Assembly (NCBI GenBank): GCA_021796435.1
Contig: JAJYXM010000016.1
Span: 118,625-182,624, forward strand
Length of the DNA stretch: 64,000 nucleotides
Reading direction: 5' to 3'
Origin: a bacterium
GTDB lineage: Bacteria; Patescibacteriota; Patescibacteriia; 2-12-FULL-60-25
Shown one piece after another: positions 38,170 through 48,941 of this stretch. The notes under the pieces are model-generated. The model made no database searches and was not told the origin of the DNA. It saw only the letters and a program-made list of their open reading frames with translations. Both the position numbers and the translations under genes were made by a program. Every line of letters starts with the position of its first letter. The first letter of the stretch is position 1.

Positions 38170-38790
38170 ATGCAGGCGGTTTTATTGGCTACAACGAACA
38201 AGGCGAAGATAGAACGTATACGTAAGTTGCTCAAAGCCTCGCAGCCAGAAGTTAGGGTTGATATCCCGACCGACCTCGGTTTGGAGGCGATAGAAGTGGA
38301 GGAGGGAAACGACCTACTGGAGAATGCGCGGGCCAAAGCGCGGGCGTATCACGGTAAGACGGAATCGCGGATCATAGGGATGGACGCAGGATTCTTCATC
38401 GAAGGCGAGAAGCTGGATCCGGCCTTGGTGAAGAGGAATGCTTTGGACGGCCATGAAGAGAGGGAATTTTCACAGCACGAGATCGGCCAGGCGATGCTGG
38501 AGTACTACCGTAGCCTGGCCCGTGAGCATGGCGGTACCGTCGAGGCGTATTGGAAAGACGTATTCGTGATGGTGCAGCCTGACGGAAGCGAGAGGGTGGC
38601 AGAAGCCATCAGGCCGGTCATCCTGACGACTGAAGTACACGGCAAGGTAGATGATTATATGCCGCTGCGGAGCTTGTATTATTCGAAGGCGACGGGGAAG
38701 TACGCGTGTGATGCGACAGAGGAAGATGAGCTTAAGGAACTTGAGCCGATTACAAAGGCTTTGTCTGAGTTGTTGGGTTCTTTCGGGTGA
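38170..38790 (+). CDS. rdgB: non-canonical purine NTP pyrophosphatase (Ham1/RdgB family)
   Basis: N-terminal LLATTNKAKIER motif typical of Ham1. Confidence 0.6.
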   Translation: MQAVLLATTNKAKIERIRKLLKASQPEVRVDIPTDLGLEAIEVEEGNDLLENARAKARAYHGKTESRIIGMDAGFFIEGEKLDPALVKRNALDGHEEREFSQHEIGQAMLEYYRSLAREHGGTVEAYWKDVFVMVQPDGSERVAEAIRPVILTTEVHGKVDDYMPLRSLYYSKATGKYACDATEEDELKELEPITKALSELLGSFG

Positions 38791-38888
38791 GGTCCGAGCT
38801 TTTTGTCCTGAGAGGGTTGACAAGTAGAGCGTTTTATTGGTAAAGCAGACATGAACCGATAACTGAACCTTCGCTCAGGAGTAACCCC

Positions 38889-39203
38889 ATGATCTCAGAT
38901 AGCTCGGCTGAGTCTATCCTCGGGAAGTTTGTATGCGTCACACCTGTCGCTAACAGGGGGTTGGTCATGTACATGGCCTATCGTCAGATAGTCGCGGTCG
39001 ACGCTTTTGAAGAGAGTAGGTCTATGCGACAGGGACTGACCGTGTTTCTGAACAGAAAGGTCAGTCATCCATTCCTTTCTGGAATTTACGAAGAGGGAGG
39101 CGTCGACACGGTCATGCTCTCTCCGACTGACGATCCGGATCGCTTCGAAGGCTACTTCCTCTCCCGTGAGGGTGTCCGGGTCGAAGTCCGGGTGCTCCGA
39201 TAG
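38889..39203 (+). CDS. hypothetical protein
   Basis: ORF of 104 aa. Confidence 0.35.
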   Translation: MISDSSAESILGKFVCVTPVANRGLVMYMAYRQIVAVDAFEESRSMRQGLTVFLNRKVSHPFLSGIYEEGGVDTVMLSPTDDPDRFEGYFLSREGVRVEVRVLR

Positions 39204-39321
39204 CGCAATCGCCTGCCTTGACACGACGCATCCGTCTCTTGTTAGACGGATGCGTTTTCAGTTTTTTTAGAAATGCTCAATATTGTAAAAATAGAGTAGA
39301 ATTGATAGCGTAGTTAGCGCT

Positions 39322-41925
39322 ATGGCATCAACATATCCATTCCAAGAAATAGAGAAGAAGTGGCAGGAATTCTGGGACAAAGAGGGGACTTATCGGGCGG
39401 AAGACCTTCCGTCGAGCGAGAAGCAGAAAAAGTTCTACGGCCTGATCGAGTTCCCGTACCCCTCGGGAGAAGGTCTGCACGTGGGACATCCGCGCTCTTA
39501 CATCGCCATAGATCTGATGACGCGCAAGAAGCGCATGGAGGGCAAGGATGTGCTCTATCCCATAGGTTGGGATGCTTTTGGGTTGCCGACAGAAAACTTC
39601 GCGATCAAACACAAGGTCAAACCGGCTGATGCGACGGCCAAGAACGTAGCGAACTTCACACGACAGATAAAGTCGCTCGGCATAGGGTTCGACTGGTCGC
39701 GCGAGATCAATACGACTGATCCGGCTTATTATCGATGGACACAGTGGATGTTTCTCAAGTTCTACGGCTCGTATTTCGATGTCGTGGAGGGTCGGGCTAA
39801 GCCTATAGACCTGTTGGCTATCCCACAGAACGTAGCGGAGCAGGGCGAGGAAGCGACGAGACGGTTCCGGGACGAACATAGGATGGCTTTCAAGGCAGAG
39901 ACTAAGATCAACTGGTGCCCGAGCTGCAAGATAGGCCTGGCCAACGAAGAGGCTATCGGTGGGGTCTGTGAGCGTTGCGGCTCGACAGTCGAGCAACGTA
40001 CCAAAGAGCAGTGGATGATCCGCATCACAGCCTATGCGCAACGTCTGTTGGATGATTTGGCGAACGTAGATTATCTGGAAAAGATCAAAGCACAGCAGAT
40101 CAATTGGATCGGACGGAGCGAGGGAGCTTATGTTGATTTTGGGATCAGAACCGATAAGAGCGGAGATCTGTTACCTGAAAAATTGACGGTTTTCACCACT
40201 CGGCCCGACACCTTGTTTGGCGCGACTTATATGGTCTTGGCGCCGGAGCATGAGATGGTTTCGCGATGGATCGAAGACGGATCGATAGAGAACGCTACGG
40301 AGGTGGAGGCGTATAAAGCTCAAGCCAGAGGGATGAGCGAACTGCAACGACAAGAAAATAAAGAGAAGACTGGTGTTCAGCTCAAAGGAGTCGTGGCGAT
40401 CAATCCGGCGAACAACGAGAAGATACCGGTATGGATAGCGGATTATGTCTTGGCCGGATATGGGACGGGGGCGATCATGGCGGTACCGGCGCATGACGAA
40501 CGCGATTTCGAGTTCGCACAGAAATTCGGTCTGCCCATAGTCCAGGTCGTAGCGGCGGCGGAAGGGGACGAGACGCGTGGTTTGCCGTTCACCGTGAAGG
40601 GAGTGGCTTTCGATTCCGGCATATTGAACGGATTAACGACGGATGAAGCGACGACCAAGATGATCGAATGGTTGGCACAGAACGGATATGGTCGTGGAGC
40701 GATCAACTACAAGCTGCGTGATTGGGTCTTTTCCCGTCAGAGATATTGGGGCGAGCCGATTCCGTTGGTGAAGTGCCAGAAGTGCGGTTGGGTACCGGTA
40801 CCGGAAGAACAGCTGCCGGTGACTTTGCCTGACGTGGATAATTACGAGCCCACGGATAACGGAGATTCGCCGCTTGCGGCTATACGCAGCTGGGTCGAAA
40901 CGACTTGTCCGCATTGCGGCGGTCCAGCAGAGCGCGAGACGGACACTATGCCCAACTGGGCGGGTTCATCCTGGTATTTCATGCGCTACTGCGACCCACA
41001 TAACGACAAGGCGTTCGCGGATCCGGAGAAACTGAAGTTCTGGATGCCGGTAGACCTATATAACGGAGGCATGGAGCACACGACTCTGCATCTGTTGTAT
41101 TCGCGTTTTTGGTACAAATTCTTGTGGGACCTGGGTTTGGTGCCGCATGAATGCGGGTCTGAACCGTACGCCAAACGGCGTTCGCATGCTTTGATTTTGG
41201 GTGAAGGCGGCATCAAGATGTCCAAATCAAAAGGTAATGTCGTGAATCCGGACGATGTAGTGAAGGATTATGGCGCTGACGTATTCCGTGTCTATCAGAT
41301 GTTCATCGGACCGTTCGACCAGGATGCGCCTTGGGATACGCATGGGATCGAGGGTGTGAGGAGATTCTTGGAGAAGGTGTTGAGAATTTTTGACTCTGTT
41401 ATTCCAGCGGAGGCTGGAACCCAGGAACCAGATTCCCCGGTCAAGCCGTGGAATGACAATGTTGAAACCTTGCTCCATCAGACGATAAAGAAAGTTGGTG
41501 AAGATATCGAAGCCATGCACTTCAATACCGCGGTGTCAGCTTTGATGATCTTGGTGAATGAAATGTCGGAATCGCGTACCTCGTACCGCGTACCGCGTGC
41601 GGATTTGGAGACGTTGCTCAAGCTAGTGGCGCCCTTCGCCCCACATATGACTGATGAGTTATGGCACAAGTTAGGGCACGAAACATCGATCCATCGTGAG
41701 GCGTGGCCGCAATATGATCCGGCGAAATGCGTGACCTCGACGTTCGAGATGGTGGTCCAGGTGAACGGCAAGGTACGTGATAAGATGGAAGTGGCGACGG
41801 ATATCCCTGAAGAAGAAGCGAAGGCCAAAGCGTTGGCTTCGGAGAAGGTAAAGCCTTATCTTGATGGAAAAGAACCGCAGAAAGTGGTGTATGTGAAAGG
41901 ACGGTTGGTGAGCATTTCGATCTGA
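39322..41925 (+). CDS. leuS: leucyl-tRNA synthetase
   Basis: HIGH motif (HVGHPRSY), KMSKS, and CP1 editing domain; 867 aa. Confidence 0.95.
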   Translation: MASTYPFQEIEKKWQEFWDKEGTYRAEDLPSSEKQKKFYGLIEFPYPSGEGLHVGHPRSYIAIDLMTRKKRMEGKDVLYPIGWDAFGLPTENFAIKHKVKPADATAKNVANFTRQIKSLGIGFDWSREINTTDPAYYRWTQWMFLKFYGSYFDVVEGRAKPIDLLAIPQNVAEQGEEATRRFRDEHRMAFKAETKINWCPSCKIGLANEEAIGGVCERCGSTVEQRTKEQWMIRITAYAQRLLDDLANVDYLEKIKAQQINWIGRSEGAYVDFGIRTDKSGDLLPEKLTVFTTRPDTLFGATYMVLAPEHEMVSRWIEDGSIENATEVEAYKAQARGMSELQRQENKEKTGVQLKGVVAINPANNEKIPVWIADYVLAGYGTGAIMAVPAHDERDFEFAQKFGLPIVQVVAAAEGDETRGLPFTVKGVAFDSGILNGLTTDEATTKMIEWLAQNGYGRGAINYKLRDWVFSRQRYWGEPIPLVKCQKCGWVPVPEEQLPVTLPDVDNYEPTDNGDSPLAAIRSWVETTCPHCGGPAERETDTMPNWAGSSWYFMRYCDPHNDKAFADPEKLKFWMPVDLYNGGMEHTTLHLLYSRFWYKFLWDLGLVPHECGSEPYAKRRSHALILGEGGIKMSKSKGNVVNPDDVVKDYGADVFRVYQMFIGPFDQDAPWDTHGIEGVRRFLEKVLRIFDSVIPAEAGTQEPDSPVKPWNDNVETLLHQTIKKVGEDIEAMHFNTAVSALMILVNEMSESRTSYRVPRADLETLLKLVAPFAPHMTDELWHKLGHETSIHREAWPQYDPAKCVTSTFEMVVQVNGKVRDKMEVATDIPEEEAKAKALASEKVKPYLDGKEPQKVVYVKGRLVSISI

Positions 41926-41932
41926 AACAGAT

Positions 41933-42349
41933 ATGTCGAACGAGTTCCCTAAGCCTAAACCTGAAGCGAAAAAACAGGGGGGTGAAATCCCGGATGAGAT
42001 AGATTTAGGTTTCGCCAGCGGGATTGAGGAGGAGCCGGAAGCGGAAGTACGGAATGAAGTCGTCTGGACCAGGGAGGATCTGGATGAGTTGCGGCACAGC
42101 GAAAAGGAATTGCGAAGTTTGGAATTGCCTTTCCAGGTGAAGGCTTATCGGATATCCAGCGGGACGTTCATCAGCGAGAATTTTCCGGATCTGAATAAGG
42201 AACAGATACCGGAGTATTTGAGTGAGCTGGCGGAGACGCAAGAAGCGATCCATTCCGGAGAGGCTCCACGTAGCAGCCATTTTACCCCGGATATCATGCG
42301 CGAATACTATCGTATAGCCCTTAAGATCAGCCGTAAGAATCAACGATGA
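41933..42349 (+). CDS. hypothetical protein
   Basis: ORF of 138 aa. Confidence 0.4.
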   Translation: MSNEFPKPKPEAKKQGGEIPDEIDLGFASGIEEEPEAEVRNEVVWTREDLDELRHSEKELRSLELPFQVKAYRISSGTFISENFPDLNKEQIPEYLSELAETQEAIHSGEAPRSSHFTPDIMREYYRIALKISRKNQR

Positions 42350-42353
42350 ATTT

Positions 42354-43646
42354 ATGAAAGTCGCAGTCGTAGGTACGGGTTATGTGGGTCTGGTATCAGG
42401 CGCCTGTTTGGCCGATTTGGGCCACGAGGTGATATGCATCGATACTGACGCCGAGAAGATAGCCAAGCTCGAAGCGGGGATCATGCCGATCTTCGAACAG
42501 GGGCTCGAAGAAGTCGTCAAACGTAATGCCAAGGCAGGGAGGATAAGGTTCACTACGGATTTCAGTCTTGGCGTGCCTGGCGCAGAAGTCGTCTCTGTCG
42601 CAGTGGGCACACCGTCGGCTGATGATGGCTCGGTGGACATGAAGTATGTGGATGCCGCGGCGGCAGAAATCGGAAAGAACCTATCGGCATATGCGGTCAT
42701 CGCGAACAAGAGCACTGTGCCGGTCGGGACTGCAGAACGGGTGACCAATATAATACGGCAACATACGGAACAAGAGTTCGATGTGGTCTCAAATCCGGAA
42801 TTCCTGCGGGAGGGTACCGCTGTCTTCGATTTTTCAAAGCCCACGCGCATCATCATCGGCACGGATTCCGAGCGTGCCAGGGAGGTCATGCGGAAGCTAT
42901 ATGCGCATATCAGCTGCCAGAAGATCGAGACAGACGCAGTCTCGGCGGAACTGACTAAGTACGCCTGCAATACTTTTTTGGCGACGAAGATAAGTTTCAT
43001 CAATGAAGTCGCACATCTGAGCGAGGCGGTCGGTGCAGACGTAGAGGCGGTCGCGGCAGGCATGGGGAGCGATCCCCGCATAGGAAAAGAGTTCCTTAAG
43101 GCTGGACCCGGTTGGGGAGGAGGGTGTTTCCCGAAAGACGTCAGAGCCTTCCTGAAATTAGGTGAAGCTCATGGGCATGCGATGCCGTTGACCAATGCGG
43201 CCATGGCGATGAATAAGCTGGCTCGTTCGCGCATCGTGGACAGGCTGGAACGAGAGCTAGGGAGCCTGACGGGCAAGAAAATCGGTGTCTTGGGCGTGGC
43301 TTTCAAGGGTAATACGGACGATACGCGCGAATCGCCGGCGCTAGACATCATCAATGAATGTTTGAGGCGCGGTGCCGTGGTCGCGGTCTATGATCCGCAG
43401 GCTCGGTTCGGGGATGGTGCTGTCGCGCAGGTCGATTCATTGTTCGAAGCGGCAAGGGATGCCGAAGCTTTAGTCATCGCCACCGAGTGGGAAGAATTCA
43501 GGACCTTGGATCTGGATAAGATGAAGCAGACCATGGCAGGGGATCTGATCATGGATGCGCGTAACCTTCTTGACGCCGATGCGGCAGAACGGTCGGGGTT
43601 CACTTATCTGCGTGTCGGGCGAAAGGAAAAGAGGAAAGGTATATAA
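42354..43646 (+). CDS. ugd: UDP-glucose 6-dehydrogenase
   Basis: MKVAVVGTGYVGL Rossmann motif; catalytic Cys context (GGGCFPKD). Confidence 0.85.
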   Translation: MKVAVVGTGYVGLVSGACLADLGHEVICIDTDAEKIAKLEAGIMPIFEQGLEEVVKRNAKAGRIRFTTDFSLGVPGAEVVSVAVGTPSADDGSVDMKYVDAAAAEIGKNLSAYAVIANKSTVPVGTAERVTNIIRQHTEQEFDVVSNPEFLREGTAVFDFSKPTRIIIGTDSERAREVMRKLYAHISCQKIETDAVSAELTKYACNTFLATKISFINEVAHLSEAVGADVEAVAAGMGSDPRIGKEFLKAGPGWGGGCFPKDVRAFLKLGEAHGHAMPLTNAAMAMNKLARSRIVDRLERELGSLTGKKIGVLGVAFKGNTDDTRESPALDIINECLRRGAVVAVYDPQARFGDGAVAQVDSLFEAARDAEALVIATEWEEFRTLDLDKMKQTMAGDLIMDARNLLDADAAERSGFTYLRVGRKEKRKGI

Positions 43647-43690
43647 TCAAAATCAGACAGCCGGTAATTAAGCCGGCATAAAATAATCTT

Positions 43691-43876
43691 ATGGGCGATT
43701 GGTGCAAGAGCAAGTCACAAGGCGGTAACGCCGTGTATGGCCTCGGATTGATCGGGGCGGCAGTCTACTATATCGGCCATGCAGCGGGTTTTTGGATGGG
43801 AGTATTGGGCCTGCTCAAGGCCTTAGTCTGGCCAGCATTCCTGGTCTACGACGTGTTGATGTTCCTGGCTAAATAA
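43691..43876 (+). CDS. small membrane protein
   Basis: 61 aa, 2 TM helices. Confidence 0.35.
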   Translation: MGDWCKSKSQGGNAVYGLGLIGAAVYYIGHAAGFWMGVLGLLKALVWPAFLVYDVLMFLAK

Positions 43877-43950
43877 GCCAGCGAGAAGACCGCTCGTCTA
43901 TCCGGACGGGCGGTTTTCCTTTATCTGCGCTTTCCGGCTAAGATGGGATT

Positions 43951-44574
43951 ATGTGCTTCTGTGCAACCGGTAGTTTCGCGGCGAGTGGGGTTTTGGTTGT
44001 GGCTGGTGCGGCTACTTTAGCCGTGGCCGAGAGCGAGGAGTTGATGCTCGCCTTACTCCCGATATTCTTTGCCGTGCAGCAGGCCATAGAAGGATGGCAG
44101 TGGCTCGTTCCGCATCCTAGCGCGCAAAGCGCTATCCTCGGTAAGCTGTATTTATTTTTCGCCTTCGTCTTTTGGCCGGTGTACATACCTTGGATGGTTC
44201 ACAGCGTAGAGTCCGATAAGCATAGACGAGGGATCCTGCGTTGGTTTATCGCAATCGGTCTGATGTTGTCACTGGTGCTGTTGGGTTTCTTGATCCTTAA
44301 GCCAGTTGACGTGGTTTTACATCCTTTGGGTATCTTCTATAGCATAGATGTCCCACCGTTGTGGGAACTGTTGGCCTGGTATGTACTTGCGACATGCGGA
44401 AGCATGTTGGTCTCTAGCCGAAAAGGCATTAGGTGGCTGGGTTTCGTCACATTCCTTGCGGTGATAATGGCTTTGGCGATTTCCTTAGGGTCTTATGTTT
44501 CCGTCTGGTGCTTTTTTTCGGCGCTTTTAAGCCTGTTTGTTTATTTCGTGGTAGATAAAAAAGTCGGCACCTGA
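43951..44574 (+). CDS. membrane hypothetical protein
   Basis: 207 aa polytopic. Confidence 0.4.
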   Translation: MCFCATGSFAASGVLVVAGAATLAVAESEELMLALLPIFFAVQQAIEGWQWLVPHPSAQSAILGKLYLFFAFVFWPVYIPWMVHSVESDKHRRGILRWFIAIGLMLSLVLLGFLILKPVDVVLHPLGIFYSIDVPPLWELLAWYVLATCGSMLVSSRKGIRWLGFVTFLAVIMALAISLGSYVSVWCFFSALLSLFVYFVVDKKVGT

Positions 44575-44684
44575 GAGCTGATAAGGGTCGACAAAAATTT
44601 GGGATGTGATAGCTCTGGAACATGGAACCGTCATTCGTCTAAGGGCGAGAGCGGCAGTTTGGATTTGTTTCTGCGAAGGTTATT

Positions 44685-46229
44685 TTGTATGATGGCAACA
44701 ATCCTATGCCGGAAAAAATGCCTGGATACGGAATCTTGCCTGAATCGAATCCTTTCAGATCCGGTTCGGGCGGCGCTGACATCAAGGCAGAGAAGGTGGC
44801 ATCTCAAGAGGTCGAGCCTAACGAAAAGGCCATGGAGAAGGTCGTGGATTTTCTGGAGACTAAAGACCTGAAATACCGCGATTTTTATGCGAATAATCCA
44901 AAGCATCTGCATATGCTGGCAGCTTCGTTCGAGACCGGGATACCTACCCCCATGACGAGCTTTTTTTACGAACCGTTCGGACGGTTCGACGAAGAAGCTA
45001 AGGCGAAGCTACGGACTGGAGAAACGGAACGACATAAGGCAAACGTTTTTTATCCCGAGGGGATCATCAATATCTATCGCGATGAATTATTGGGTACTCA
45101 TGAGACAAAGAAATGGCCGGACGATAGCTATGTTTCTGACGTTTATTACGAGGGAAGTGCCATTGTTTACGCGTTATATGATTTTTTCAAATCTCTGGAT
45201 ACAGAGCAATTGGGAGAGCTGGCCCGTCTTAGTGGTTTGAATGCAGGTGATTTGACTAATATAGAACGTAGTGATTTGGAGACTGCTTTTAGCTCAAGAT
45301 ACGATCCTGACGGTGTGCCGAAAAAGTTGCTGGCTATATTCGGAAATAAGGAGGCTTGGGAGTTCGTCAGACGAAATTGGTTGAGGTCTTTTTTCGCCTC
45401 CTCGATCTACAAGCCACGAAGCGGTGAAAGCCCAAGGATGATTCGTATCGGCGGCAAGGAATATGACCGGGACAAACTCGGGGAAGGTCTTCAGCCGTGG
45501 GGATATATGTTGCATCTCGGTTTTGTGCTTGCTCCGGGGACCGAGGTTGCCGTTTCACCGCATGGTGATTACTACACCCAGGCTACAATTGTCTCACCCC
45601 GGGTAGCTCCAAAAAAAATCCTTGGCATCTATATCAACACGGATGAACGTAATAATATAAACATGCGAGCTGGGGAGGAATGGGTTACTAACGATATTCC
45701 TGCGCCTAAAAAATCATCTTTCAGGGCATCGGTGTTGGAACAATTAGAAAATACGGTCTACAAATCGCCCAAACATCCTCTCGAGTATCTGCTGCTTTAT
45801 TATCCGCGGCCGTTCAACATTTTCCTCGAAAACAACGGGATAGAGTTGGAGAAACTGAAGGGCTACTACGAGGAGTTCACGAAGCTGAAAGAGTCCGCGA
45901 AAAATAAGATGTATAAAGAAGACAAAGAAGTCGCGGATCCGATCCATGAAGAGTTAGAGGAGAAGCTGGGCGTCGAGGTCTATTCCAGGCTGCAGGAGCT
46001 GGCTGAACGGTTCTTGAAGGAGAAAGCCCCTATCAAGGATGGCGAGACTTTCATGACCGGTTTGATCAGGATGGCTGAACGCCATCAACTTCCGATTTAT
46101 AACATCCGAGGAGATTTGTTGTGGCCCAAAAAAATGGATCATGAGGAAGTGGCGAAGCAGGTAGCGGAGAAGGAAGCCGCGAAAGCTGAAGATGTAAAGG
46201 CGAAATCCCGTGTAAGTCACGAGCAATAA
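44685..46229 (+). CDS. hypothetical protein
   Basis: 514-aa ORF with no motif I recognise. Confidence 0.5.
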   Translation: MYDGNNPMPEKMPGYGILPESNPFRSGSGGADIKAEKVASQEVEPNEKAMEKVVDFLETKDLKYRDFYANNPKHLHMLAASFETGIPTPMTSFFYEPFGRFDEEAKAKLRTGETERHKANVFYPEGIINIYRDELLGTHETKKWPDDSYVSDVYYEGSAIVYALYDFFKSLDTEQLGELARLSGLNAGDLTNIERSDLETAFSSRYDPDGVPKKLLAIFGNKEAWEFVRRNWLRSFFASSIYKPRSGESPRMIRIGGKEYDRDKLGEGLQPWGYMLHLGFVLAPGTEVAVSPHGDYYTQATIVSPRVAPKKILGIYINTDERNNINMRAGEEWVTNDIPAPKKSSFRASVLEQLENTVYKSPKHPLEYLLLYYPRPFNIFLENNGIELEKLKGYYEEFTKLKESAKNKMYKEDKEVADPIHEELEEKLGVEVYSRLQELAERFLKEKAPIKDGETFMTGLIRMAERHQLPIYNIRGDLLWPKKMDHEEVAKQVAEKEAAKAEDVKAKSRVSHEQ

Positions 46230-46270
46230 AGGCTTATCGACATTTTCACTGGATGTGATAGCTCTGGAAT

Positions 46271-47764
46271 ATGGAGCTACCACATCTTTTTGAACGCGGA
46301 CGCTACAGCGGGATTCTTTTGAGTTCATTCCTGCTGGGTGTGGCGGTGCATTCAATCTACGCATTCGAGAAGTTCGGTTGGCTGACATCCATAGTCTTGA
46401 CGGTCGGGATCATGGCCCTGTTAGGTCAGGGCAGGGTGCGGTTGGTCTTATTGTTGATTTTCGGATTTCTCTTAGGCATGTGGCGATTCGATATGAGTTT
46501 GCCTAATCGGCAGTCGGGTCTGGTCCACTGGCTCGGCCAAGAAGTGATCGTTTCAGGGACGACGACGGCGTCGAACCAAGGTGACATCATAGTGCTGGTA
46601 CGGAAAGTCGGACAAGTTGCGGTAAATGGGCAAGGGACGAACCTGCATCTGAAGGGTAGGCTGGGAATCAAGATCGGCGATAAGTTGGAATTCAGTTGCC
46701 GTCTGCGTCCTATCGCCACATTCCCTTCGAACATCGACCAGCGCGTGTTCGAGGCACGGAAAGGGGTGTTCGTGCAGTGTTCCGATGTATGGGATTTTCA
46801 CGTCGTGGGTAGCGACGGGCTGTTTTATGTCCAAGGGTTGTTCGGGATTTGGCGGCAAGCGCTGACTGCGCGGATAAATTCGACCATGGGGAGGGATGAA
46901 GCTGCGCTCACGGCCGGCGTCTTGTATGGAGAACAGGCTTTATCCGCGGAGCGTCTGGCTAATTTCCGTAGCGCCGGGCTGATGCACATCATAGCCGTCT
47001 CAGGATCTAACGTAACGATCGTCGTAAGCGTAATCATGGTGGTCATACTTTCCTTAGGTGTAGATCGCAAGCGGGCTTTCTGGTTCGTGACCATCGGGAT
47101 AATCGCCTTCGTGATCTTCGTCGGTTTTTCCGCTTCGGTGCTGCGGGCTGCTTTGATGGGCTGGCTGGTCATACTGGCACGGGCTTGCGGTCGGTTGCCT
47201 TCCGTCTGGAGATTATTGTTGGTGGCTGCATGCGCACTTAACTTTTTCAACCCTTGGCTACTGGGTTTTGACGCGGGTTTTGCGCTGTCGTTCCTGGCTA
47301 CGCTGGGCTTGATGGTCTGGTCTCCGCTCTTGGAGAAGCGCCTGCGTTGGATGCCAAAGATGTTCGGTTTGCGTGAGAGCACGGCGGTCACTTTGGGGGC
47401 GACAGTGATGACCTTGCCCTATCTGGCGTGGGCTTTCGGTCAGATGACGCTGCTCGGCGTAATCACGAATGCCGTGGTCTTACCGTTAGTGCCTTGGCTG
47501 ATGCTCTTTGGCGCGATGACTGCATCGTACGGTAATTCACCCGGATATATGTTCATGGCTGCGCCGGCACAAGGTCTGGCTTGGTTGATCATCAAGATTT
47601 CGGACTATAGCCGCCTCTTGCCTTGGTTGGACATGAAAGTCGAGAACCTGGATTTTTATCTGATGGCTGCGACGTATCTGTGCCTTTTCCAGATGGCGCG
47701 GTTATTGGCGAAAAGCTCAGATCATACTCCAAGCCTTGTGGAAAAAGCTGTTGGAGAAAATTAG
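46271..47764 (+). CDS. comEC: ComEC/Rec2-family competence membrane protein (no beta-lactamase domain)
   Basis: ComEC core with MHIIAVSGSNV motif; N-terminal DUF4131-like region. Confidence 0.7.
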   Translation: MELPHLFERGRYSGILLSSFLLGVAVHSIYAFEKFGWLTSIVLTVGIMALLGQGRVRLVLLLIFGFLLGMWRFDMSLPNRQSGLVHWLGQEVIVSGTTTASNQGDIIVLVRKVGQVAVNGQGTNLHLKGRLGIKIGDKLEFSCRLRPIATFPSNIDQRVFEARKGVFVQCSDVWDFHVVGSDGLFYVQGLFGIWRQALTARINSTMGRDEAALTAGVLYGEQALSAERLANFRSAGLMHIIAVSGSNVTIVVSVIMVVILSLGVDRKRAFWFVTIGIIAFVIFVGFSASVLRAALMGWLVILARACGRLPSVWRLLLVAACALNFFNPWLLGFDAGFALSFLATLGLMVWSPLLEKRLRWMPKMFGLRESTAVTLGATVMTLPYLAWAFGQMTLLGVITNAVVLPLVPWLMLFGAMTASYGNSPGYMFMAAPAQGLAWLIIKISDYSRLLPWLDMKVENLDFYLMAATYLCLFQMARLLAKSSDHTPSLVEKAVGEN

Positions 47765-48229
47765 ATTGTCAGCGCTCTCTGACAAAAGAAAAGGGATGTT
47801 TTTTCGGTGGATGGCGCAGGAAAAAGATCGGTGCGTATTGTTTGTCAGCGCTGACAAACAGAATCTTTGACCCTGTTTACTGTGAGGCTTAAGCTGGAAT
47901 CATGGATCACATGATCCTGCACCTAAGACACACGAAGAGGCTCGAGAAGCTCAGGTCGGACAGGCGCGGGCGGGGAGGTAAAGCGGCCCCGTACTGTGCC
48001 CCGGAAGCGGTACGGCGACTGCACCGGAGAGATGAGGCTTCGCGGGAAATGTATGCCGGACAGATATCCTCCAAGCGATCGGGCAGAACTCTCCAAAGCG
48101 GAGAACATAGACGCCAGGACGCTTGTCGGCAGCAGCAACGAGGTCGGCCCGAAAGGCCGGTCGAACGGACTGCGGGTATGTCCCGAGCCTCTTCGCGATG
48201 TCGTACTTAGCGGGTAAAATCTAATTTCT

Positions 48230-48850
48230 ATGAAGAAAATCAAATTAACGACAGTCCATTTATCGCTTTTGGGTGTAGGTGTGGTCATTTTGGCCGCGAT
48301 AGCGCTCATGCGGAGCACGCCATTAAGCGTGAAGTTGCCTAAATCATATTTCACCGGTCCGGATCAGGCCTCTGTGGCGCAAGGCACTTCAGCCACCTCG
48401 ACGTATGCGGTGCCTGATGGTTTGCCGGCACCGACATCTGCCCATTTCGAGAACGGCGATGCGCTTCAAGCGCTGGGTCCGAATTGGGCGTTCCTGAACC
48501 AGTACGAGATGAAAGATGGCGACTCCGTGACTTTGGACGGTACGCGGCCGGTGCGGGAAACGATGGCGCAACTCATAGGTAATGACAATATCGGTCTGCT
48601 GATCCAGGAGGACAACATCGTCGATAGGCAGAAGCTGGAGAAGGCTTTGACGCAGGATGGGATCAAGAAGACGCAAATCGGGCTGCGCGAAGGTTATGTG
48701 ATACCGATGGGCGGTTTGGCGGGCGGCAGCGCTTTCCTATTGACCGGAACTTCCACGGTCTTGATTCTGCAGGACGCGAATGCCGCGAATTGGCCGGATG
48801 AACCGCATCCTGAAGTCCAAATATACATATCGTCAGTCAACGTGCCCTAA
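48230..48850 (+). CDS. secreted hypothetical protein
   Basis: Signal peptide; 206 aa. Confidence 0.45.
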   Translation: MKKIKLTTVHLSLLGVGVVILAAIALMRSTPLSVKLPKSYFTGPDQASVAQGTSATSTYAVPDGLPAPTSAHFENGDALQALGPNWAFLNQYEMKDGDSVTLDGTRPVRETMAQLIGNDNIGLLIQEDNIVDRQKLEKALTQDGIKKTQIGLREGYVIPMGGLAGGSAFLLTGTSTVLILQDANAANWPDEPHPEVQIYISSVNVP

Positions 48851-48941
48851 CGTTCCTTCTTCCGCTCGGGATGCATAGCGGGCGGAAACCGGGAATCACG
48901 TCCTTTCGACAAGCCACAAGGGCACAACAGGAGTCGGTGTC

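Noticed and set aside
47902-48354. ORFs 47902..48210(+), 47996..48217(+) and 47923..48354(-)
   Set aside because: They lie in a GC-rich intergenic stretch with no RBS, give low-complexity Arg/Ser-rich translations, and overlap a better-supported gene that has a signal peptide.
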